Shown: positions 27,444 to 41,532, counted from the stretch's first letter. The stretch: 64,000 nt of DNA from Eledone cirrhosa (GCA_964016885.1 OZ024740.1:315208001-315272000); one strand, 5' to 3'. Notes: generated by a model not told the origin, from the letters alone. Program-made: numbers and translations.

Positions 27444-27667
27444 ATAACCATACACAGACACACACATATATATATTTTGTATGTGTGCTTGTGTGCGTGC
27501 GTATGTGTATACCTATGTATTGTATATATATGTAGATAACGTATGTATGCTTGACTAGAAGTCACAGTTATCGATGGATAAAATCACACTTGTTCTATTT
27601 CAGGTAATGTTATATTTTTCCAAACACAGACACCTAAACATATCGAATCACACGCACGTGTAATTTC

Positions 27668-27714
<47 letters not shown>

Positions 27715-28595
27715 AATGGACAGGCAGAAACGTACCCTTTCACATACGCAGGAACAAACATGAACACAGAGACACATATATGTACACACACACGCATAAA
27801 AAACATATGCTCCTATAAAGAAATAGCTGATAAACTTGCGTATTTCTCATATACAGTAATATCTATAAATATACTCACATAATACGAAAGAGTTACTGGT
27901 GGAATGTTCCTGTTAAAATCCCAGTTAAATGTAGATATAACAAACGAGACATAATTATATGAGACACTAGAAGAAATCAGCTGCCCAGCAGATGTTAATA
28001 GATAGTGTTAAAGATTTGTGAAAAGGGGAACATTTATGACGAATTAATAAGGAATCGGCAGACAATCCACCATGATTAAACCTTTAGATTTGTACCTGTT
28101 ATCATTAATGCATCTGAACTTGTTACAAACTGCTTCAGCACAAATCTTGAGAAACTGAGCCTCACAGAAACAAAATGAGCACGGATAATCATGACATTGC
28201 AAGAACAATCCAACTGTAGAATTATTTAAAACATTCCAGGAGTTCAGTTTGTAATAATTGCATATACACACGTATAAACATAGAGACATACATATGTACG
28301 TACACATATAACTCAAAATATACAGATCCACATATGCAATGACATATATATCTGCACACATACACATACGCAGACATACATACATAATTACCTAGTTATA
28401 TATATATGTGTGCATGTATGTATGTATGGTCTCGTAACTCCTGAAGGAGCCGTATTGACATACGGCATTTCTAGGGCATTTTAAACCTATTGGAGCCCAT
28501 CACCTCTCCATGTCTGAATACAGCAAATTTCTTCCAGATAAGGATAGAGGAGTGAGACAATGAAAATGAGAAAGAGATATACAGGAAGAATGGTT

Positions 28596-28750
28596 CCCAG
28601 TAATTGACTGGTATTTATTTTTATCGACCTCGAATGGATGAAAGGCAAAGCTGACCTCGTCGGAATTTGAACTCAGAGAGTGTAGGGAACCGAAACGAAT
28701 ACTGCAAAGCATCCTATCCGCCGTTTTAATGATTCTGCCTATTCGCCGCC
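28596..28750 (-). mobile_element. SINE family C
   Basis: ggatgaaaggcaaagctgacctcgtcggaatttgaactcag..ctgcctattcgccgcc. Confidence 0.8.
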
Positions 28751-28919
28751 TACAATTACCTAGTTGATACTGTCTAAATTCCAATGAAACATGCCTTGTT
28801 TCTGGATTAGAAACCGACTTTTTCTCTATTGGTAGAAATTTTAATAAATTAAAATCAAAAGAATATACATAGACTAGTGTTTCACTTATTAAATAGAGTA
28901 AATTAAAAAAATATTTTAA

Positions 28920-29100
28920 CAACTGGGATAATCCTATCCACTCTCAATCCAAATCTACAGTATCAGAGCCACAGAACTTTGTTGAGAAAACTCCCACTAT
29001 ACCTAGCCGGTAGCATCTAGCCTCCTCCACTAGTTACTGCTCGTTGCTTGTAAGAGTTGTGATGTTCTAGGTTCCAACTGTCAAAGTTTTCTCCCTTCTA
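28920..29100 (-). mobile_element. RTE (Expander/Rex3-like) endonuclease N-terminal remnant
   Basis: Manual translation TLTVGT*NITTLTSNEQ*LVEEARCYRLGIVGV resembles GTWNVTSL..ELVREVERYRLDIVG. Confidence 0.65.
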
Positions 29101-29357
29101 GACCCTCTTTGGGATCTCGGGAAACGCAAAATTTGTGCGTCCATCGCACGTCTCCCAGGACAGGTCGCAGGCCTATCGCTATTTTTCTGTAGCATGAGAC
29201 GGAGACTGCAATATATTTTTCGAACAGGCCCCTCTACTTAATGCCTGAATGCTACCCTTTTTATCCCGCGCGAAGGACGATGAAGGAGGAGGAGGAGAAG
29301 GGTGGCGAAGAAGAAGGACGGGGAGAAGTTATTTTCATCAACAGTTATCCATCATTA

Positions 29358-29802
29358 AGGTCGGACGCCATGCTTTGCAGCATAGTTACGTCCCTTTACG
29401 ATCTGAGTTCAAATCCCGCCGAGGTTGACTTTGCCTTTCATCCTTACGGGGTCGATAAAATAAAGTACCAGTAATGCACTGGGATAATTGCTGGCCTTGT
29501 GCCTAAAGTAGAAACAATTACATGTAATATATCTATGTTCCATTACTTGTATGTACAAGTATGTGTGTGTGTGTGTTATAATGATGATGGTGGTTGTGCT
29601 GATGATGACGATCATCATCATGATAATTGTTTCTACTTTTGGCACAAGGCCAGTAATAACCCAGTGCATTACTGGTACTTTATTTTATCAAGGATGAAAG
29701 GCAAAGTTAACCTCGGTGGGATTTGAACTCAGAATGACAAGGGCCGTAACTCTATGCGTCAAAGCCTGGCGTCTGACCATCTACCGATACTGCCAATCCA
29801 CC
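29358..29802. mobile_element. Tail-to-tail inverted pair of SINE family C (29358-29517 +, 29628-29802 -)
   Basis: The same family occurs in opposite orientations about 110 bp apart. Confidence 0.85.
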
Positions 29803-29974
29803 ATCATCATGATAATGACAGTGATGATGATTCAGGGTGGGGGCTGATGGGTAATGAGGACATTCATGCTGGTGATGATGGTGAAAGTGATAATGTGGGT
29901 GGATAATATTTGGATTATCCACACCTCACTACTAACCTCACCACCACCACCACCAGCTTGGCAGCAGTGACGTC

Positions 29975-30099
29975 GCAACTTGAGCAATGTGAAATAAAGT
30001 GTCTTGCTCAAAAGCACAATGTAAAGCCCAGTCTGAGAATTGAACTCATAACCTCAAGATTGTAAACCCGGCGCTCTAACCACTAAGCCATGCGCCTTC
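29975..30099 (-). mobile_element. CORE-like tRNA SINE 5' portion
   Basis: gtgaaataaagtgtcttgctcaa, gaattgaactc (B box), ctaaccactaagcca (A box). Confidence 0.75.
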
Positions 30100-32295
30100 A
30101 TACACCACACCTCACCACACCATACCACACCTCACCACACCATACCACACCACACCTCACCTCACCACACCATACCACACCACACACAACATACCACACC
30201 ATACCACACCACACCACACCACACCTCACCATACCACACCACACCTCACCTCACCATACCATACCATACCACACACAACATACCACACCACACCACACCA
30301 CACCTCACCTCACCATACCACACCACACCACACCTCACCATACCACACCACACCTCACCATACCATACCACACCACACCATACCATACCACACCATACCA
30401 CACCACACCACACCACACCATACCATACCACACCACACCATACCACACCACACCACACCTCACCTCACCATACCACATTACACCACACCATACCACACCA
30501 CACCATACCACACCACACCACACCTCACCATACCACACTACACCACACCACACCATACCATACCACACCATACCACACCACACCACACCATACCACACCA
30601 TACCATACCACACCACACCATACCATACCATACCACACCACACCATACTACACCACACCATACCACACCACACCACACCACACACACCATACTACACCAC
30701 ACCATACCACACCACACCACACCACACACACCATACTACACCACACCATACCACACCACACCACACCACACACACCATACTACACCACACCATGCTACAC
30801 CTCATCACACCACACCATACTACACCACACCATACCACACCACACCACACCATACCACACCACACCACACACACCATACTACACCATACCATGCTACACC
30901 TCACCACACCACACCATACCTCACCACACCACACCACACACACCATACTACACCACACCATGCTACACCTCACCACACCACACCATACCATACCACACCA
31001 CACCACACACACCATACTACACCACACCATGCTACACCTCACCACACCACACCATACCACACCACACCACACCACACACACCATACTACACCACACCATG
31101 CTACACCTCACCACACCACACCATACCACACCACACCACACCACACACACCATACTACACCACACCATGCTACACCTCACCACACCACACCATACCATAC
31201 CACACCACACCACACACACCATACTACACCACACCATGCTACACCTCACCACACCACACCATACCACACCACACCACACCACACACACCATACTACACCA
31301 CACCATGCTACACCTCACCACACCACACCATACCATACCACACCACACCACACACACCATACTACACCACACCATGCTACACCTCACCACACCACACCAT
31401 ACCACACCACACCACACACACCATACTACACCACACCATGCTACACCTCACCACACCATACCACACCACACCACACCACACACACCATACTACACCACAC
31501 CATGCTACACCTCACCACACCACACCATACCACACCACACCACACCACACACACCATACTACACCACACCATGCTACACCTCACCACACCACACCATACC
31601 ATACCACACCACACCACACACACCATACTACACCACACCATGCTACACCTCACCACACCACACCATACCACACCACACCACACCACACACACCATACTAC
31701 ACCACACCATGCTACACCTCACCACACCACACCATACCACACCACACCACACCACACACACCATACTACACCACACCATGCTACACCTCACCACACCACA
31801 CCATACCATACCACACCACACCACACACACCATACTACACCACACCATGCTACACCTCACCACACCACACCATACCACACCACACCACACCACACACACC
31901 ATACTACACCACACCATGCTACACCTCACCACACCACACCATACCACACCACACCACACCACACACACCATACTACACCACACCATGCTACACCTCACCA
32001 CACCACACCATACCACACCACACCACACACACCATACTACACCACACCATGCTACACCTCACCACACCATACCACACCACACCACACCACACACACCATA
32101 CTACACCACACCATGCTACACCTCACCACACCACACCATACCACACCACACCACACACACCATACTACACCACACCATGCTACACCTCACCACACCACAC
32201 CATACCATACCACACCACACCACACACACCATACTACACCACACCATGCTACACCTCACCACACCACACCATACCACACCACACCACACCATACT
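30100..32295. repeat. (CACCA)n pentamer satellite with a 59/64-bp higher-order unit
   Basis: Unit cacacaccatactacaccacaccatgctacacctcaccacaccacaccataccacaccacac from ~30770. Confidence 0.95.
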
Positions 32296-33135
32296 CCACT
32301 ACAACTTTAGAAAATTCCAGAATCATTTTTATCATACTAATTCCTCAACTTTCTTTACATTCCTTCTCCTCATCCTTTCACAGCCACCCCACCACTACCA
32401 CTACCACACCACCACCACACCCCCACCAATCCCACCACCACCACCACCAACCCACCACCCTCTACCTACACCACCACCACCATCACTGCATCACCACCAC
32501 AACCACCAACCCACCACTGCACTACCCACCACCACCGCCAATCCCACCACCACACCACAACCACCACTAACCCACCACCACCCACCAACACCTACACGGC
32601 AATCACCACCACAAGCAGCACTACCAACACCGCACACACCATCATCACCACACACACCACAACCACTACCCCACCACCACCAATCCACCAATCCACCACC
32701 CACCACCACAACCATAACCACCACCACAACCACCACCACCACCTCCAACCTCACCACCACTTCATCACCACAACCACCACCACAACAGCCACAACCACCA
32801 CCACCACCACAACCACAACCACACCGTACCCCCACCACCACCAACCTCACAACCACCTCCACAACACACACACCATCATATTTTTTAGTTGACCTTCCTC
32901 AATAGAAAGAAGAAAAAAGGTCAGTTGTAGATGAGGAAGCCTAACACATTAGGGAACAATATGAAGTAAAATACACCCTAAAAAGAGTTAGTTTGGTAAG
33001 CTGTGTGACCCTTATTAATTGACTGGGATTGGTTAGGGGGTCATATGGAAACTTTTACATTGTATTCATTACAATGTAGAGCATCAACATATTTCGGATA
33101 TTATATATTTTTATTATCTCCCCCACACATATATG

Positions 33136-33171
<36 letters not shown>

Positions 33172-33180
<9 letters not shown>

Positions 33181-33994
33181 GAAAAGTATAGAAATTGTTG
33201 TAGCGAGAAGCTAACAGTATTCCATAACATATATGCGACTATAGCGTCAAAATGGGAAAATAGTTAACATAAGATATGGGGAAAATAATTCAGACTCAAT
33301 TCAAAAAGAATCAGGATATAGATTTATCCAACAGAATTTAGAGAAATCCAGGGAAAAATCAATAGAGCTTTACCTCATGATAAAACAAAGTCTAAAGTAC
33401 TCAACCTTCAATTTGGGACAACTTCAAATGCTCTGTATAGTCTTGAAAAGACTATTTCACGAAAACTTTCAGTGGAGATGGTCACGGTTGGATTTCGTTC
33501 CTCAGCAGAGCTCAACGTGGTAACCAAGGTCTCACTGGTAATATGCCAAAAAGGGAATTTAAAAGCAGGCTAGTTTAACATCATGCGTGGTTATTAAAAC
33601 AAACGCACAAGTTGAAAAACAGGGCTGGTGACGTCAGAATGAGACAAATGTTTGCTTACATGAAACAACAGTCAAAAACATTCCGAAAGAAAACTCTACA
33701 AAAGGAGTTCAGCAAAAAGCAATATCATCGCGGTCTTCTCTTCCCCCACCCCCACCCCACCCCCACCCCCACCCCCCAAAAAATACCGGGATTAGTCACA
33801 AATAATTTAAGCACTCTAAGAAATAAATCCGAGTATATATATATAAATGAAAAGTATAGAAATTGTTGTAGCGAGAAGCTAACAGTATTCCATAACATAT
33901 ATGCGACTATAGCGTCAAAATGGGAAAATAGTTAACATAAGATATGGGAAAAATAATTCAGACTCAATTCAAAAAGAATCAGGATATAGATTTA
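33172..33994. mobile_element. Insert bounded by ~150-bp near-identical direct repeats
   Basis: atataaatgaaaagtatagaaattg...ggatatagattta at ~33173-33325 and ~33841-33994. (TA)n on both sides. Confidence 0.75.
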
Positions 33995-34059
33995 TATATA
34001 TGTATATATATATATGTGTGTGTGTGTGTATATGTATGTATTTATGAATATACACACAT

Positions 34060-34150
<91 letters not shown>

Positions 34151-34230
34151 ACGGCGATGAATTTGTTTTTTTTTGTTTTCTGTTTGCTGTCTCAACTTTA
34201 AAAAATATATATATATATATACATATAGAT

Positions 34231-34283
34231 GAGATTCTACAGGACTAGAACTGTCTCATTCTTTAGAAATCATCAGGAATCTC
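34231..34283 (-). ncRNA. Inverted copy of hammerhead H1 (GAAA to GAGA)
   Basis: GAGATTC-CTGATGA-TTTC-TAAA-GAAT-GAGA-CAG-TTCTAGTC-CTG-TA-GAATCTC. Confidence 0.8.
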
Positions 34284-34286
34284 AGG

Positions 34287-34335
34287 GATTCCTGATGATT
34301 TCTAAAGAATGAAACAGTTCTAGTCCTGTAGAATC
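34287..34335 (+). ncRNA. Intact type I hammerhead ribozyme, family H1
   Basis: GATTC-CTGATGA-TTTC-TAAA-GAAT-GAAA-CAG-TTCTAGTC-CTG-TA-GAATC; GUA cleavage triplet. Confidence 0.85.
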
Positions 34336-34438
34336 TCATCTATATTAAAATTTTTATACTCTGCTATGTATAGAGTACCTTACTTACTATGGTTACCTCC
34401 GATTCAACCCGGAATAACTTACCTATATATATATATAT

Positions 34439-35085
34439 AAATATAAATTAGCGAGAATCGTATTTCGGCTTAGGAATTAACGAAAAACAACTTCCGAGAT
34501 GTGTGGCAAGCGCTCAATGATTCAGATGAACCAGAGCTACAACATACGTTAAAGGCCAAACACACTGAGACGATGGTTAAGCAATCATCCGCACAACCAT
34601 AAAAACAACCAAGTAATTCGGGTCAAACAAATAAAAATATATGTGATTGAAAAAATATACCCGGACCCCTGGATGGTTGTTAAAATCCAGCATTTGGGTT
34701 TCTGCGACTCCTAAATCAAGTACTGTCCGCTTACACAAATAATGTTAGGCTTCTGGTAAGATGATTGAAGAAGGAAGCCACTTTTTCAGCAGGTTTTAGT
34801 TCGAGTGCTAATTTAAGGAATGACCGTTACCGACCCCACGTGGGGCTCGGCAAGGGAAGCAACCCTTATTTTAGGCGGATGAATTCAGTATGTGTATATT
34901 ATTGCAAGAATGCAAAACATCACAAAACGAATTAAGCTCTCAACAGAATGGTTATAAGTTAACATAAGCCATTCATCAGTCAATAGGAAAAAAATCAAGA
35001 AAATTAACTGGTCAATATCTAGACTCTGGAGATTAATACAAATATAAATTAGCAAGAATCGTATTTCGGCTTAGGAATTAACGAA
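34439..35085. mobile_element. Insert bounded by 45-bp direct repeats in (TA)n
   Basis: aatataaattagc(g/a)agaatcgtatttcggcttaggaattaacgaa at ~34440 and ~35042. Confidence 0.7.
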
Positions 35086-35110
35086 TATATATATATATAT
35101 ATATATATAC

Positions 35111-35373
<263 letters not shown>

Positions 35374-35453
35374 AAATTTGTTTTCGCTCTTAACATGGTG
35401 GTTACCTAAATGTATTCGTGAGTGAATAACAATAATATTATAATAATATTATT

Positions 35454-35558
35454 GTGGATTAGCAGTAGAGGTAGAGGGGCGGACGCCACGCTTTCCACCG
35501 TAGTTACGTCCCTTTATCTGAGTTCAAATTCCGCCGAGGTTAACTTTGCCTTTCATCC
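35454..35558 (+). mobile_element. SINE family C, 3'-truncated
   Basis: gagttcaaattccgccgaggttaactttgcctttcatcc. Confidence 0.75.
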
Positions 35559-36379
35559 CAACAATTTAAATAGGACTTCTACATATATATATATATTTAT
35601 ATATTTATAAATGGAAAAGAATGGAACGAAATTTCATTTCTCACTTTTAGTACGGCTGATACTTAAGTGTAAGTATGTATGTATACGTACATAGATATAT
35701 GTATACAGACGTACAGTAGTATGTATATATATACATACATGCACACATATATATATGTACGTATGGGTTTACCGAACATTTATTATATATATATATATTT
35801 CAACGCGTGGATGGGTGCGTGCATGTATGTAATATTAGTAGAGATACATGAGTTATGGATGATGGCATCTTTAGACATCTTACGAAGTTTAGTTGTTTTA
35901 TTTCTATGTTCCGAATCTGAATTCGTCTGGCACTTCTATGCCCGTCTCCTTCAGAAAGGCTAATCAAACATTAACACTTGTTAACCTCAGCTCAACACGG
36001 ATCGAATAAAAATAAGCATTCTCCAGCCGTGACCACCCCTAAAATGAATTTTAAGTGCAAGGAACGCAAGACCAACTTACTTAATATAGCCTTTCATGTT
36101 TTTTTAGATAAAGATTTGGCTGCTATTTCTAGCAGGTTAATCATAAATGTGTGGCTATCTAAAGTCAGTTGCTATATCATCTTGTGTCATATCACGAATA
36201 TTACAAAACATATTATGCAACATGTTGTTGTTGTTGTTGTTCTTGTCATTGTTGTAATCTTCCCTAAACTCTACTACTGCTACTACTACTATTACTGCTG
36301 CTACTGCTGCTGCTGCTGCTAGAAATACTGCTACTACTACTATCGTCATTATCATCATCAGCGTCAGCATCGGTACCAA

Positions 36380-36830
36380 ACCACCACCACCACCACCACC
36401 GCCACCACCATAACCACCACCACCTACACCACCACCACCACCACCATCACCACCACCTACACCGCCACCACCGCCAACACCACCACCACCAGCAGCTCCA
36501 ACACCACCACAACCACTACCATCACCACCACCACCACCTACACCACCACCTACACCACCACCACCACTACCACCACCATCAACACCACCACCAGCACCTA
36601 CACCGCCAACACCACCACCACCACCAACACCACCACCACTACTATCACCACCACCACTACCACCACCACCACCATCAACACCACCACCATCACTACCACC
36701 AGCACCTACACCACCAACACCAACACCACCACCACCAACACCACCATTACCACCACCACCAGCACCAACACCACCACCACCACCACCACCACTACCATCA
36801 CCACCACCTACACTACCACCACCACCGCTC
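36380..36830. repeat. Degenerate (CCA)n microsatellite
   Basis: Directly visible. Confidence 0.9.
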
Positions 36831-36939
36831 AACCACTTACATCTATATCTACTCATTCATTCTTTTAAAATCATCTTCGCCCGAAACTAGAATTCAACAT
36901 TTTTGTTGTTGTTATTTATCGAATTGCTTCTATTAGAAT

Positions 36940-36983
<44 letters not shown>

Positions 36984-37088
36984 TATAATATATATATAAT
37001 ATATATATATAATATATAAATATAATATATATATAATATATATATATAATATATATATAATATATATATATAATATATATATATATAT

Positions 37089-37119
<31 letters not shown>

Positions 37120-37136
37120 ATATATAATATATATAT

Positions 37137-37244
<108 letters not shown>

Positions 37245-37297
37245 ATATATATATATATATAATATATATATATATAATATATATATATATAATATAT

Positions 37298-37329
<32 letters not shown>

Positions 37330-37380
37330 ATATATATATATATAATATATATATATATAATATATATATATAATATATAT

Positions 37381-37412
<32 letters not shown>

Positions 37413-37423
37413 ATATAATATAT

Positions 37424-37480
<57 letters not shown>

Positions 37481-37497
37481 TATTTAATATAGTAATT

Positions 37498-37604
37498 GTT
37501 TCTACATTTGGCACAAGGCCAGCAAATTACCCAGTGCATTACTGGTACTTTATTTTATCGACCCCGTAAGGATGAAAGGCAAAGTCAACCTCGGCGGGAT
37601 TTGA
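37498..37604 (-). mobile_element. 5'-truncated SINE family C with ~20-bp target-site duplication
   Basis: atatatttaatatagtaat occurs on both sides (~37478-37496, ~37608-37626). Confidence 0.75.
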
Positions 37605-37730
37605 TATATATATTTAATATAGTAATAATAATAAATTTGAAGACTAAAATCCGAAGAGGGCTCGATAAGGATAAATATATATCAAATATATAAGAACCGT
37701 AGACCAAATATTTATTAAAATAACAGATTA

Positions 37731-37783
37731 AAGTTTAAGCAAAGAATCACTGCTTTCACCCTTAACGGGATCTTCTGAAACTT
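37731..37783 (-). ncRNA. Hammerhead variant H2, second copy
   Basis: AAGTTT-CAGAAGA-TCCC-GTTAA-GGGT-GAAA-GCA-GTGATTCTT-TGC-TT-AAACTT. Confidence 0.65.
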
Positions 37784-37917
37784 AATAAATATATATATAA
37801 TATATATATTATATATATATATATATAATATGTATATAATATATATATAATATATATATATATTATATATATATATAATATATATATATAATATATATAT
37901 ATTATATAAATATAATC

Positions 37918-38128
37918 GTTTCTACTTTAGGCACAAGGTCAGCAATTACCCAGTGCATTACTGGTACTTTATTTTATCGACCCCGTAAGGTTGAAAGGCA
38001 AAGTCAACCTCGCGGGATTTGAATTCAGATCGTAAAGGGACGTAACTATGCTGGAAGGCATGGCAGGGACGTAACTATGCTGGAAGGCATGGCGTCCGAC
38101 CCTCTACCGATACTGCCAATCCACCGCC
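37918..38128 (-). mobile_element. SINE family C with internal 29-bp tandem duplication
   Basis: agggacgtaactatgctggaaggcatggc x2. Confidence 0.85.
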
Positions 38129-38214
38129 CTTTTTATAAATATAATATATATATATAATATATATATAATATATATATATATATAATATATAATATATATA
38201 TATATATATATATA

Positions 38215-38269
<55 letters not shown>

Positions 38270-38358
38270 TATAATATATATATATATATAATATATATAT
38301 ATATATAATATATATATATATATAATATATATATATATAATATATATATATATAATAT

Positions 38359-38390
<32 letters not shown>

Positions 38391-38398
38391 ATATATAT

Positions 38399-38469
<71 letters not shown>

Positions 38470-38854
38470 CACCAATGCTGTAAGCAAAGTTAATTCCTCT
38501 CGACTGGAAACCCAATGCTTTCAAAGCTGCTCCATCGTGTCGGCTTTCTCAGCAATATGAGCAGATTCCATGTGATAGCGGCGGATCGCTTACCTAGTTT
38601 ACTATTTTATTCATTTTATATTGCCCAGAAAATACACACATCAACACATATATTTATAGATATATACACACGTACAAAGAAACAAGCACATATACCTATA
38701 GTCAAACACACATGCGCGCGCATTCACCATTCAAATACTTCGAGGAAAAATTATTAACAAACCAAATTGACTGAGTTAAAGGGTCAGGCTAAACGCGCGT
38801 ACATACACACATACACACACACACATACACACATTCACAACCACCCAATCACCC

Positions 38855-38888
<34 letters not shown>

Positions 38889-39170
38889 TGTGTGTGTGAT
38901 ATGTTATGTAAACATGTATGCAGGTATGTATACATACATACATTTACATACATACACACATACGTACAGAGATAGATATATACATACATAAATACAAACA
39001 TACATATATAAATATATATCTATTTATATATATTTGATGGTGAATTCCCAATAAGAATCAAGAAAAGACCACAGTTAAAAAGGTACTCAATACGTTGGTA
39101 GAGTATAGGCATCTTTATTATATATAGAAATTTCTTCTACATGACTACAATTATATATATATATATATAT

Positions 39171-39226
39171 ACTCTTTTACCTGTTTCAGCCATCCGGCTG
39201 AGGCCATGCTGGGGCACCGCCCTTGT
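39171..39226 (-). mobile_element. ~55-bp 3'-end-only copy of the CR1-like LINE
   Basis: Identical to ~51627-51681 (actcttttacctgtttcagccatccggctgaggccatgctggggcaccgcccttgt). In (TA)n. Confidence 0.9.
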
Positions 39227-39241
39227 ATATATATATATATA

Positions 39242-39525
39242 ATAAAATTACAGGAGGCTGGACTGGTGTAATTCCTTAGAGGTTTATTATAGTATGAACA
39301 TTTCAATGACCGGGTTCAGTATGAATACGGTGACATCAAAACCTCTAAGGAATTACACAAGTCCAGCCTCCTGTTATTTTATAATAATTAACTCCGTACT
39401 CGCACCACCAACAATACAAGCGAAGACGAGTGAGTTGCATTACGTTGAGTGCTCTCCCTAATATTACATCGAGGTTGACCACACGGAATCACCAGTTCTA
39501 TCCAGTGGTGAACAAATAAACCTAA
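39242..39525. mobile_element. Fold-back insert, PLE-type
   Basis: Arms 39242-39285 and 39339-39382; TTGAGTGC at 39445; related fragment at ~12604-12635. Confidence 0.7.
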
Positions 39526-39547
39526 ATGTATATATATATATATATAT

Positions 39548-39606
39548 GTACAGAATTAGCCGTCGAAACGGCTTGAGCTCAGCCGTCGGGGTCTTACTTA
39601 CTCCTA
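39548..39606 (+). mobile_element. Family F single-arm fragment
   Basis: cagaattagccgtcgaaacggcttgagctcagccgtcggggtc. Confidence 0.8.
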
Positions 39607-39612
39607 TATATG

Positions 39613-39685
<73 letters not shown>

Positions 39686-40075
39686 TTAGGGTTAATATTG
39701 ATGCAATTCAAATCAAGCACTCAACGTACTTATTCCACATAGGAGTGACGGAGTAAATATCGAATAAGGAAAAGCGAAGTAGTTTCAGATGTTCAAGTCT
39801 TTTAATAATAATGCTATGATATATATTTCAATGGCGACAGTGGACACACTGTTCCAGGTCATTGAATGGGTCATTGTTTGGCTGAGAGGGGGAACTGACT
39901 AAGCGAATTTCGTTGAAATCTGCGGTAGCTAATGGTCAACATCCTTCAGACCTGCGCCTGCGCAGACCGGTGGGGGTGAATTGGTACTCACAGGGGAATG
40001 GATGAAGAACCCAAAAGCACACACTTCGTCCGTTCCCATGTCGATTCAATTTGGATTGCCTCGGAAACATAACCT

Positions 40076-40117
<42 letters not shown>

Positions 40118-40331
40118 ATATTTGGGGAGGGTCATATTTGCGTAATATTGCCAGAATTAATAACAGAACACACTCACTGTTTGGTTGGTTTTCGCTTCTC
40201 GCTGTCTTTTATATATATATATCTGCGATCTAACTTACTCGGTCCTCAATGTTGCCATTGACTGACCGGCGGTCAAAAAATAATACAGATACAATATAGA
40301 CAAACACATATATATATAGTTTACATAAATC

Positions 40332-40872
40332 TTTCGTTGCACATCTGCAACATCGTCAGTGGTGTTATATTCATTGTTCCTCCTGTTGTGTTGTATGTCT
40401 ACGCCATTTTTTTTTGTTCAGTCTGTCTATATATTTATTTATTTATTTGCTTGTTTGTTTATCTTATTTTATTTTGTCTTCTTTGCGCATGCGTTTGCGT
40501 GTGTGTATAGTGTTATGTGTGATGTGTGACTAGTGTGTATAGTGTTGTGTCTGCTGGGTGACTAGTGTGTGTTTATGTGCTTGTGTATGTATTTATTTAT
40601 CTTATTTTATTTAATTTAATTTACTTATTTATTTATACTTCTCTTAGGTCAGTGTTGTTTGTTTGGGTGTTGTTGTTGTTCCACTCATTCTTTCTGTTTA
40701 GCTTTGGTCTTCTAATTTCTATTTCACTGGCCTCTCTGATTTGCCTATCTGCTGGGTCATTCCTATGTTTAGATATTATTCTAATTTCTATGTTGTCTAT
40801 GTTACCGTCATGATGTTGTCTAGCATGTTCGTATAGTACTGACCCGTTTTTTCGTCCTTTTAGTCCTCGCAA
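40332..40872 (-). mobile_element. PLE 3' end: GIY-YIG C-terminal half, 3' UTR, hammerhead core
   Basis: SVLYEHARQHHDG..RQIREASEIEIRRPKLNRKNEW; downstream CTGACGA-T-GTTGCA-GATG-TGCAAC-GAAA at 40332-40359. Confidence 0.75.
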
Positions 40873-40890
40873 AAAAAAAACCTCGCAAAA

Positions 40891-40928
<38 letters not shown>

Positions 40929-41246
40929 AAAAGAGTCAGGTGAATGACCGATTGGTTGTTTAACCAACCGATGAATGGATTAGTTAACTGATTAAACAAA
41001 AACTGATGTAAAACTCAACCACTGGGAGTGTTTTACTGGCCACTTATCTTTGCCAATCTTTACCTATACAAATATTAGTTAGTTAATTAACATCTGTAGG
41101 TCTCGAAAGACCATGGACTGGTGCCATGAGGATTTCGTTTCAGCTGATGATCATGGTGCAGCATCTGTTCTTGCTATACAGGCTCTCAATATATATACAT
41201 ATTGGTCAGGCCCTCAATATATATACATATTGGTATTTATTATTAC

Positions 41247-41382
41247 TATAGTTACGTCCCTTTACGATCTGAGTTCAAATCCCGCCGAGGTTGACTTTGC
41301 CTTTCATCCATACGTGGTCGATAAAATAAAGTACCAGTAATACACTGCGTAATTGCTGGCCTTGTGCCAAAAGTAGAAACAA
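41247..41382 (+). mobile_element. SINE family C, 5'-truncated
   Basis: B box, central domain and tail. Confidence 0.85.
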
Positions 41383-41393
41383 TTATTACTATA

Positions 41394-41432
<39 letters not shown>

Positions 41433-41532
41433 GCGCGCGCGTGCATGTGTGTGTGTATTTGATCATTCCATGAGAGTATCTTCGCCAGCCTATGAAATGT
41501 TCACCCTATGCACCTTTCAGTCGAACCTCGTA

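Noticed and set aside
30090-32905. His/Thr/Pro-rich ORFs
   Set aside because: Pentamer satellite; the 59/64-bp unit lengths shift the frame constantly.
36155-36856. Gly-rich 233-aa ORF
   Set aside because: Degenerate (GGT)n running into other triplet microsatellites; no signal peptide or splice support.
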